Origin: a virus
Lineage: Duplodnaviria; Caudoviricetes
DNA: 35,476 nt
Direction: 5' to 3' (one strand)
IMG/VR virus record: IMGVR_UViG_3300046115_000085
Location: 1-35,476 of that record
Shown: positions 26,716-33,223 of the stretch, piece by piece
Numbering within the stretch: position 1 is the first letter of the stretch
Layout: every line of letters starts with the position of its first letter
Notes under the pieces: generated by a model
What the model was told of the DNA's origin: nothing
The model's database searches: none
The model's input: only the letters and a program-made list of their open reading frames with translations
Made by a program: the position numbers and the translations under genes

Positions 26716-27155
26716 TCTACCTCGCGACACCTTACAGCTCATCGGACCTTACCACGCTGAACTGGCGCTACCAGCGGGCACGGGAGGCCCTCTTCGGCCT
26801 GTGGGATCAGCACCATCCAGCAGTCTGCCCCATCATCCTCGGCCATGAGTATGAGCAGCGCCAGCGAACAGGCCCCCGATCCCTTCCGCATGACTTCTGG
26901 ATGATGATGGCTCGCGCGCAGCTCGTCGCCTGCACCCACGTCTACGTCTTGACGTTGAAAGGTTGGGACGAGTCGAACGGGGTGAAGGACGAAGTCCTTC
27001 TCGCCGCGGGCATGAACAAGCCAATCATAGGCTACGCCCCTTACGAACACTGCGAAGACGTCTCCGGCATGGACATAGTTAAGACCTTTGGCGGAACGAA
27101 GCAACTGCGACCAAAGTCCCTCGTTGTTCCATTTCAGGTAAAGGAAGAAGAATGA
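26712..27155 (+). CDS. DUF1937-family protein (nucleoside 2-deoxyribosyltransferase-like fold)
   Basis: MIYLATPYS...CPI...H...FW...VYVLTLKGWDESNGVKDEV signature. Confidence 0.75.
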   Translation: MIYLATPYSSSDLTTLNWRYQRAREALFGLWDQHHPAVCPIILGHEYEQRQRTGPRSLPHDFWMMMARAQLVACTHVYVLTLKGWDESNGVKDEVLLAAGMNKPIIGYAPYEHCEDVSGMDIVKTFGGTKQLRPKSLVVPFQVKEEE

Positions 27156-27349
27156 AAGACTGGCAGCTTCACAATTCGCGCCTGTTCATGCGGCCGGGCA
27201 ACAACAAGCATCAAAGCGTCTACACGGAGTGGCAGGGCCCTGTGCTCGAGGCCTACAAAGTCGCCGCGACTGCTGCAGAGTTCCTCATCGTGCTCTGCGT
27301 CCTCACGGCTATTGTCGGCATCGCCTTGGCTATAGCCAAAGTGTGGTAG
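27152..27349 (+). CDS. Small membrane protein
   Basis: C-terminal hydrophobic segment FLIVLCVLTAIVGIALAIA. Confidence 0.5.
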   Translation: MKDWQLHNSRLFMRPGNNKHQSVYTEWQGPVLEAYKVAATAAEFLIVLCVLTAIVGIALAIAKVW

Positions 27350-27351
27350 GC

Positions 27352-27561
27352 ATGAAGCATCTTGCAGTGCCCCTTTGGGCCCTCGTCGCTGTTCTGATCG
27401 GTGCATTGTGCGGCTTCTTGCTCGCGGAATATACAAGCCCATTTGGACGGCTCTATAGATACCGCGAGCAGACGCCTGACTGCACCGCCGCACTCAACCT
27501 GATCGGTCGTACAGATGCACTTATTGCTTGTCTGTTAAGGCAAGAGGAGAACAAGAAATGA
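27352..27561 (+). CDS. Small membrane protein
   Basis: Start reassigned to ATG 27352: MKHLAVPLWALVAVLIGALCGFLLA transmembrane segment. Confidence 0.5.
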   Translation: MKHLAVPLWALVAVLIGALCGFLLAEYTSPFGRLYRYREQTPDCTAALNLIGRTDALIACLLRQEENKK

Positions 27562-27749
27562 CCACAGGCTGGGCTGACGAGTACCTAACGATGCTGGACG
27601 ACTGCGAGAAGCGCAGCGAGAAGCTGACCAGTTGGGAATGCAACTTTGTGGACTCGTTGCAGCGGCAGCTTGCCGAGGGTCGCCGGCCAAGCATTAAACA
27701 AGTGGAGACGCTTGACAACATCTGGGAGCGCGCCACCAAGCGCGGTTAA
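27558..27749 (+). CDS. Small phage protein (LTSWE..F..S...KQ..L..IW type)
   Basis: ATG 27558 after GAGGAG: MTTGWADEY... Confidence 0.65.
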   Translation: MTTGWADEYLTMLDDCEKRSEKLTSWECNFVDSLQRQLAEGRRPSIKQVETLDNIWERATKRG

Positions 27750-27763
27750 CAGGAGGCAGAATA

Positions 27764-28213
27764 ATGACGGCGAATAAAGCGGTTGCTAGTGATTACTACG
27801 AGACTTTAACTAGTTATCGCAACAAACTTGCTGGTGATGTCACTACAGGAGAGAGCACAATGAATCGTAACACGGGTCTGCTGGCGCAAGCCGGAGCAAT
27901 GGGATGCTACACAGATAAACAGCCGAGCGGACAAAATCGAGGTCCTATCACGGAAACAGCCTCTAAAGGCGGAGTACAGGCCGCACTTGAAGAGGCCTTT
28001 GAGCAGTTAAATCGACTTGAGCGCTGCGTTGAAGGCATCTATGATCGCCTGAAGCCAGTACTACTTGACGGTGACCCGCATACAAACATCAAAGAGCAAA
28101 GCAATCCTACCGTGCGCGCGTCAGATATCGCGGAAGGCGTTCGGCATTTAAGCGCACGGGTGGAAGCGGTGAATGTACAACTGAACAGTTTATCGCTCAG
28201 GCTGGATCTATGA
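27764..28213 (+). CDS. Hypothetical coiled-coil protein
   Basis: AGGAGG RBS; its stop is the TGA within the first repeat copy. Confidence 0.6.
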   Translation: MTANKAVASDYYETLTSYRNKLAGDVTTGESTMNRNTGLLAQAGAMGCYTDKQPSGQNRGPITETASKGGVQAALEEAFEQLNRLERCVEGIYDRLKPVLLDGDPHTNIKEQSNPTVRASDIAEGVRHLSARVEAVNVQLNSLSLRLDL

Positions 28214-28236
28214 CCACTGAACGAGAGTTGCCATGA
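28210..28236 (+). CDS. 8-aa minigene MTTERELP made almost entirely of the repeat
   Basis: ATG ACC ACT GAA CGA GAG TTG CCA TGA, with ATGA overlaps at both ends. Confidence 0.4.
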   Translation: MTTERELP

Positions 28237-28412
28237 AACGAATCAACGTCTTTGAAATGGACGACTTGGACCGCGAGCTACTTGTCAGGGTCAGGCTTGC
28301 GATCGAGTACGTGAATGAAGGCCACCCGGCAAAGGATGCGATCGACGAGATCGAAATGATTGATGCTATGCGTCTGCTTCTGAAAATAATCGACGCTGGG
28401 CATGCCGCTTGA
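28233..28412 (+). CDS. Hypothetical protein (cassette 1 cargo, 59 aa)
   Basis: Manual translation MKRINVFEMDDLDRELLVRVRLAIEY...IIDAGHAA; below the ORF track cutoff. Confidence 0.6.
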   Translation: MKRINVFEMDDLDRELLVRVRLAIEYVNEGHPAKDAIDEIEMIDAMRLLLKIIDAGHAA

Positions 28413-28422
28413 AGGAACCGAA

Positions 28423-28608
28423 ATGACCACTGAACGAATACGAGCGGCGGCGTGGAAAGCAGAACACGCAACGAGGGGAACGCGATCCCTTGTGGTGCAA
28501 ATCCGAATAGTCGGGAAGGCATCGCCCGACGCCTGCGTGCAATCGGCCGATAAGAGCGCAGGGGGGAGCCGGAGTAGCGACCGGCCCGCTCACCCAACTA
28601 ACCACTAA
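28423..28608 (+). CDS. Hypothetical protein (cassette 2, MTTERIRAAAW...)
   Basis: Starts at a repeat copy, with an AAGGA RBS. Confidence 0.5.
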   Translation: MTTERIRAAAWKAEHATRGTRSLVVQIRIVGKASPDACVQSADKSAGGSRSSDRPAHPTNH

Positions 28609-28623
28609 AGCAGATGGGCTCCA

Positions 28624-29013
28624 ATGACCACTGAACGAGAGTTGCCTGACAAACTACTTGAACTGGCTGAGTGGCACGAGGAGCAGGCTGCGCCATTTTT
28701 CGAGAACGATTTCCATCGGCAAGCCGCCGTCACACTGCACCAGATGGCGCAGCAGAAGCCGGTGGCGTGGATGTTTCAGGTGCGTGACGTAGGCAAGGGC
28801 AGGTGGCGAGAATTTGCGGCAATTGACTATTCAATTCCACCAGATGACACCGAGGAATTACTTGGCAAACAGCCACTCTTTGCCGCCCCGGTTGCCGATC
28901 CTGCTTTCGTGGCTGAAGCAATGAGGCTGGCGGATGCGTATGCCGAACGTAGCAGCGAAAAGCAAATGAAGGCGCGCGCCGCCCTGCAATCGTACCTTGA
29001 GGGGAAGCGATGA
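28624..29013 (+). CDS. Hypothetical protein (cassette 3) with phage PVAW...PLFAAP motif
   Basis: MTTERELPDKLLELAEW...QKPVAWM...QPLFAAP, a motif typical of variable early phage genes. Confidence 0.7.
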   Translation: MTTERELPDKLLELAEWHEEQAAPFFENDFHRQAAVTLHQMAQQKPVAWMFQVRDVGKGRWREFAAIDYSIPPDDTEELLGKQPLFAAPVADPAFVAEAMRLADAYAERSSEKQMKARAALQSYLEGKR

Positions 29014-29183
29014 CCACTGAACGAGAGTTGCCGCCAGTGCGCAAGGTGCAGTTGCAATGCCGATTGTGCGGAGGCCGCCGCGTGGTGACGTTGCCTTGGC
29101 GCGGACGGCCACAGGGTCCACAGTGCCAGTGCAATCCGAATACGTGGGGCAACTGGAAAAGGGTGTGCAGAAATGACCACTGA
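29010..29183 (+). CDS. Small Cys-rich protein (cassette 4, 57 aa)
   Basis: Manual translation MTTERELPPVRKVQLQCRLCGG...QCQCNPNTWGNWKRVCRNDH; ends at the CAC-TGA inside the next repeat. Confidence 0.55.
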   Translation: MTTERELPPVRKVQLQCRLCGGRRVVTLPWRGRPQGPQCQCNPNTWGNWKRVCRNDH

Positions 29184-29829
29184 ACGAGAGTCTCGCGAGT
29201 TCCAGGCGTGGGCTGTCAACCAGCCAAACATGTACGTCAGCTATGTTAAATCCACAGCCTGGGAAGCATGGCAAGCCAGCACTGCCCTTACCCTCGAGGC
29301 CACACTCGACAATTCCTACCCCCACAAGGCATACAACATCGCCTTCTTCTGCCTGCACTGCGGCCAACTATGGGCTAGGCTTCGCCGTCCGAATTGCCTT
29401 GGTTGGTATTGCCACAATCGCAGCTGCGCAAGCTGCCCCACAAATTGGTGGGGGGAGTTCCCCGGCACCCTTGCTGACCCTTACGAAGTCTACCACGACG
29501 GACACGGGGTCGCGGACTTGCCCCAAGACCTGCTGGAAAGGGAGTTTACACTTCTCGCGGGCGTTGACAATTCCACAGTACTGGCGCATACTAGCGCCAC
29601 AATACCCTATCAAAGGGCACCAAGCATGGAACTGACCGCCCGTATCGCAGAGCTCCGCTCGAAGATCCTCTCCAACACCGTCACGAAGGAAGAACTGCGC
29701 GAAGCCTGCGCCGCCCTTCGAGCCGATCGAGCAGGTGCAGCTGAGCGTCGTGCCATTACCAAGGCCAAGGCTGCCCCCGTCGATGGCACCGCCCTGCTGG
29801 CCAAGCTCGCTGCGTTCACCAAATCCTGA
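29173..29829 (+). CDS. Composite protein (cassette 5): FQAW...AWEAWQA segment, Cys-rich domain and C-terminal helical domain
   Basis: 218 aa ORF starting at a repeat, with CLHC and CASC motifs. Contains an internal promoter and an in-frame start at 29626. Confidence 0.6.
   Translation: MTTERESREFQAWAVNQPNMYVSYVKSTAWEAWQASTALTLEATLDNSYPHKAYNIAFFCLHCGQLWARLRRPNCLGWYCHNRSCASCPTNWWGEFPGTLADPYEVYHDGHGVADLPQDLLEREFTLLAGVDNSTVLAHTSATIPYQRAPSMELTARIAELRSKILSNTVTKEELREACAALRADRAGAAERRAITKAKAAPVDGTALLAKLAAFTKS
29564..29592 (+). promoter_or_regulatory. Internal sigma70 promoter
   Basis: TTGACA, 17-bp spacer, CATACT. The first 14 nt (TTGACAATTCCACA) are identical to the 25580 promoter. Confidence 0.75.
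29626..29829 (+). CDS. Small helical protein (internal in-frame start)
   Basis: MELTARIAELRSK...APVDGTALLAKLAAFTKS; AAAGGG RBS about 30 nt after the promoter. Confidence 0.6.
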   Translation: MELTARIAELRSKILSNTVTKEELREACAALRADRAGAAERRAITKAKAAPVDGTALLAKLAAFTKS

Positions 29830-29874
29830 AGAATTTGGGCATGCCACGGCCCTTGAAGTGGCAAAGGAAGTGTA

Positions 29875-30117
29875 ATGGCAACGGCACTGAAGATGCTTCT
29901 CCTCACTCGCTCCGATTGGGGGAACGATAAGGGACTGCTCACAGGTAAGGTAACTTTCGATGGAGGATTTGGTGAGGTCAGCCTAAAGCTCGACGCCGAA
30001 GTATCAGGCAAGATCCTTGCCCTGTGCGCTGAGGGCGTTATCCAAGCTGCAAAGCATACCTCGCAGCTAATGATCTCTGAGGTACTCTCCCCAGAAACCA
30101 TCAGAATTCAGGGCTAA
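29875..30117 (+). CDS. Hypothetical protein
   Basis: 80 aa with an AAAGGAAG RBS. Confidence 0.6.
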   Translation: MATALKMLLLTRSDWGNDKGLLTGKVTFDGGFGEVSLKLDAEVSGKILALCAEGVIQAAKHTSQLMISEVLSPETIRIQG

Positions 30118-30119
30118 CC

Positions 30120-31019
30120 ATGCCCTCCTTCCCGATGGTGATCGACAACTCCTTGTTGAAGGAGTTCAAAGAGTGCCCACAGAAGTGCTTCCGGACTTAC
30201 TTCGAGCATCACAAGCCGAGAAAGGCGTCCGTTCACCTGCACGCAGGTGCTGCCTTCGCTCACGGTCTCGAGGCCGTTCGCAAGTACTACTACGAGCAGG
30301 GACTGCCACAGGCCGAATGCCTCGAGTACGGGCTGCAGGAACTGCTCCGCTTCTACGGCAGCTTCGAGTGCCCTGACGACTCACCAAAGTCGGCCATCCG
30401 AATGGCCCAGGCACTTGAATACTACTTCTCCGCTTGGCCCCTTTTGACGGACACAGCCGTCCCCGCCTCTATGCCGTCGGGAAAGCGGGCCATCGAGTTC
30501 TCGTTCGCAGAGCCCCTGCCAATCGACCACCCGGAGACGGGTGAGCCTCTGATCTACTGCGGCCGCTCCGACATGATCGTCGAGATGTCAAACGGCTTGT
30601 TCATCGAGGACGATAAGACAACCGGTGCCCTCGGCGCCTCTTGGTCTAACCAGTGGGACCTTCGCAGCCAGTTCACTGGCTACTGCTGGGCAGCGAGGAA
30701 CGCGCACATCCCAGTCGATGGGGTGCTGGTCCGAGGCGTAGCGATCCTCAAGACCATGTTCAAGCACGAACAGTACCTAACCTACAGACCCCAGTGGGAG
30801 GTCGATCGCTGGCTGCACCAGACCTTACGCGACATCACCAGAATGATTGACTGCTGGCGTACTGGCGAGTGGGACTACAACCTCGCCGACGCATGCAGCA
30901 ACTATGGTGGTTGCAGCTATCTGAAGGTCTGCAAAGCCAGCAATCCACAGGAGTGGCTCGACATGTACTTCGAGCAACGCATCTGGGACCCACTCACAAG
31001 AACGGAGACGAAAATATGA
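30120..31019 (+). CDS. PD-(D/E)xK exonuclease (Cas4/RecB-like, 4-Cys)
   Basis: ECPQK, GAAFAHGLE, GRSDM, DDKTTG, QFTGY and C-terminal CSNYGGCSYLKVC. Confidence 0.85.
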   Translation: MPSFPMVIDNSLLKEFKECPQKCFRTYFEHHKPRKASVHLHAGAAFAHGLEAVRKYYYEQGLPQAECLEYGLQELLRFYGSFECPDDSPKSAIRMAQALEYYFSAWPLLTDTAVPASMPSGKRAIEFSFAEPLPIDHPETGEPLIYCGRSDMIVEMSNGLFIEDDKTTGALGASWSNQWDLRSQFTGYCWAARNAHIPVDGVLVRGVAILKTMFKHEQYLTYRPQWEVDRWLHQTLRDITRMIDCWRTGEWDYNLADACSNYGGCSYLKVCKASNPQEWLDMYFEQRIWDPLTRTETKI

Positions 31020-31201
31020 TGCTCCCCGTGAAGTTCGCCTTTCTCGAGGTCATGCCGTCGATAGACCAGCCCGGCTGGTTCCGCGGCCGTATCGTGGTTA
31101 AAACAGACACACAGCAGCAAATCACCCTCTTCGAGGATACATTCCCCTCGCCTATAGAAGCGGCGCAGGCCCTTATGCGGCAACTGGGAGACATGCAATG
31201 A
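31016..31201 (+). CDS. Hypothetical protein
   Basis: Start reassigned to ATG 31016 (ATGA overlap, GGAG RBS): MMLPVKFAF... Confidence 0.55.
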   Translation: MMLPVKFAFLEVMPSIDQPGWFRGRIVVKTDTQQQITLFEDTFPSPIEAAQALMRQLGDMQ

Positions 31202-32019
31202 AGTCACCCTTGCCCGGAATCAAGGTTCTCCTGATCGGCGGAAGCGGCAGCGGAAAGACCTACTCCATCCGTACGCTAGTCCAAGCCGGTATCACCCCCA
31301 TGTGCCTCTTCACAGAGAACAGCTTCGATGTGCTTGGAGACGTGCCGAAGGAACAGCTGCACTGGAAGTATGTGCCCCCGAACCTCGGGGGCATAAAGAC
31401 CCTTGTGGAGTCAGCCCAGCGGGTCTCGACAATGGGCGCAGATCAGTTGCAAAAGCAGCAGGACCTCACCCGTGCGCAGACAAACAGCTTCCTCCCCATC
31501 CTCAACGCGATGATGTCTTTCAAGTGCGAACGCACGGGCCAAGACTTCGGCAATATCAGCACGTGGGGAACGGATAAAGCGTTCGTGATTGACAGCCTTA
31601 GTGGCTTGACGATCGCTGCGACAAAGCTGGCCGTCGGGGAGAAATACGCCATGACGCAGCCGGAATACCAAATCGCCATGAAGACGATTGAGAACCTCAT
31701 CAATCAGATCTGCACCGGTTTCCACTGCCACGCAGTGGTTACGGCGCACGCGGAGAGGGAGCTCGATGAGGTCTTGGGGGGTGCCCGGATCTACCCCTCA
31801 ACCCTCGGCCGCAAGCTCGCCCCCGTCCTTCCGCGCTACTTCACCGATGTCCTTCTCGCAAAGCGACAGGGAATAAAGTTCCTTTGGGACAGCAGTGATC
31901 CACAGGCCGACCTGAAGGCGCGCAACGCACCCATTTCTCCAGACCTGCCACCGTCCTTCCTCCCTCTAATTACGAGTTGGAAGTCACGTGGCGGCTTGAT
32001 CAGCCCGGAGGTTGAGTAA
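31198..32019 (+). CDS. AAA_24 / Sak4-like ATPase (putative recombinase)
   Basis: Walker A GGSGSGKT, Walker B FVIDS, VVTAH and YFTDV motifs; lies between the exonuclease and SSB-like genes. Confidence 0.8.
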   Translation: MKSPLPGIKVLLIGGSGSGKTYSIRTLVQAGITPMCLFTENSFDVLGDVPKEQLHWKYVPPNLGGIKTLVESAQRVSTMGADQLQKQQDLTRAQTNSFLPILNAMMSFKCERTGQDFGNISTWGTDKAFVIDSLSGLTIAATKLAVGEKYAMTQPEYQIAMKTIENLINQICTGFHCHAVVTAHAERELDEVLGGARIYPSTLGRKLAPVLPRYFTDVLLAKRQGIKFLWDSSDPQADLKARNAPISPDLPPSFLPLITSWKSRGGLISPEVE

Positions 32020-32240
32020 TGGAAATGGAGCAGCAGGAAATGCTAGCTCGTCTGTGCATGCAGGTCATCGCACAGTACTGCCACGAGGAGGGCAAAGCTC
32101 TCGAGTTCGACCTCGAGCTGATCCCCCCAGGTATTCTGCAATTCAAGCTGGACAAGACAGAAAAGGGTACTATAGTAACCTTCATGTACGCAAAGCTCAA
32201 AGATCCCCCACAGATTATTATGCCTCCGGGCATGCACTGA
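32019..32240 (+). CDS. Hypothetical protein
   Basis: 73 aa with a GGAGG RBS and TAATG overlap. Confidence 0.55.
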   Translation: MEMEQQEMLARLCMQVIAQYCHEEGKALEFDLELIPPGILQFKLDKTEKGTIVTFMYAKLKDPPQIIMPPGMH

Positions 32241-32301
32241 GTAAGCTCCGTGCCCCCTGCGGCGAATCAGGGGATTTTGTCAACTTCCAAAGTGAGGTAC
32301 C

Positions 32302-32769
32302 ATGTTTAACGCACAGCAGTTCCTGCAAACCGCCGTCAACGAGGCAAACAGCACACGCCTCAAGCCTGCCCCAGCCGGAGAGTACATCGGCATCATCCAG
32401 CCTATCGTCGAGGACAGCTTCAAGTCTGGGACGAGCCCAAAGACCAACGAAGTCTGGGCCCGGCTAGACCTCAAGGTCGAGGTCAGCGGTGACCCACGTA
32501 TCAAAGAGGCCTGTGGCCTGCCCTCCAAGGCGATCCGCGCTGGTATCATGCTCGACCTGACAGACGCAGGTGGCCTCGACATGTCTGAGGGGAGCAACAT
32601 CACCCTCGGTCGTCTCCGCGAGGCAACTGGCCTCAACCGGCCCGGTCAGCCGTTCAGCTTCAATGACCTCGGTGGCAAGCTGGTCAAGATCTCCGTGACG
32701 CACCGTCCAGACCAAAAGGACGCCTCGATCGTCTACGAAGACGTGAAGGGTTTCTTCCCGCCCCAGTAG
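32302..32769 (+). CDS. Putative single-stranded DNA-binding protein (DUF669-like OB fold)
   Basis: PAPAGEY...LGRLREATG...LGGKLVKISVTHR...YEDVK; follows the Sak4-like gene and ends at a terminator. Confidence 0.7.
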   Translation: MFNAQQFLQTAVNEANSTRLKPAPAGEYIGIIQPIVEDSFKSGTSPKTNEVWARLDLKVEVSGDPRIKEACGLPSKAIRAGIMLDLTDAGGLDMSEGSNITLGRLREATGLNRPGQPFSFNDLGGKLVKISVTHRPDQKDASIVYEDVKGFFPPQ

Positions 32770-32787
32770 TTCCCAGTCGCAACCTTC

Positions 32788-32815
32788 GGTCAGCCCTTCG
32801 GGGCTGGCCTTTTTT
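32788..32815 (+). terminator. Rho-independent terminator
   Basis: GGTCAGCCC-TTCG-GGGCTGGCC-TTTTTT. Confidence 0.9.
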
Positions 32816-32825
32816 CGGAGAAGTC

Positions 32826-33170
32826 ATGCAAAGAGATTTTGGAATCATCCTCATGAACCTTGAGGGGAACCAGCTCGAGGACCAGCCCGGACGCGCCTTT
32901 CGTCTCGCGGACGCCTGTGTTAACGCCCTACTGTTCAATCACACAGATGAACAGGGCCTCTCGGGTGAGGAAAAGCTTAAGCGTTTCCAACTCGCCAAGC
33001 GGATACAGCAGGCGAAGACTATTGAGGGGACCACTGAAGTAACCGCTGAGGAAATCTCCCTCATCAAGAAGCTAGTTGCCAAGCTCTATGGCCCTGTGGT
33101 TCTGGGCCCAACGTATGAGGCTTTGGAGCGCGAAGAAGATGGGTCAGAACCGGAGCTGCCTGTAGTATAG
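32826..33170 (+). CDS. Hypothetical protein
   Basis: 114 aa with a GGAG RBS; LSGEEKLKRFQLAKRI...EEISLIKK. Confidence 0.65.
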   Translation: MQRDFGIILMNLEGNQLEDQPGRAFRLADACVNALLFNHTDEQGLSGEEKLKRFQLAKRIQQAKTIEGTTEVTAEEISLIKKLVAKLYGPVVLGPTYEALEREEDGSEPELPVV

Positions 33171-33173
33171 CAA

Positions 33174-33209
33174 TTCCACACTACCCCCGCTAGTCGGTTC
33201 CACACTACC
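33174..33209. repeat. Tandem 12-bp direct repeat TTCCACACTACC (candidate operator)
   Basis: Copies at 33174-33185 and 33198-33209, directly upstream of the ParB-methyltransferase gene. Confidence 0.75.
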
Positions 33210-33223
33210 AGAGGCATATCCCC

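Larger units (their letters stand above)
28210..29191 (+). repeat. Five-copy direct-repeat array at gene starts (ATGACCACTGAACGAGAGTTGCC)
   Basis: 23/23 identical at 28210, 28624 and 29010; 19 bp at 29173; 15 bp at 28423. Confidence 0.95.

Noticed and set aside
27152-27561. Two small membrane proteins as a holin/spanin lysis cassette
   Set aside because: They are in the early region with no adjacent endolysin or recognisable lipobox.
27555-27565. GAAATGACCAC at the start of the MTTGW gene as a sixth repeat copy
   Set aside because: Only 8 bp of the core (11 bp with flank) match. It could be a decayed copy or chance, so it is not counted.
28210-29191. CRISPR array interpretation of the five repeats
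   Set aside because: Spacers are 140-360 bp, irregular and protein-coding, and the repeats are non-palindromic and begin with start codons. The only Cas4-like gene sits in a normal phage recombination module.
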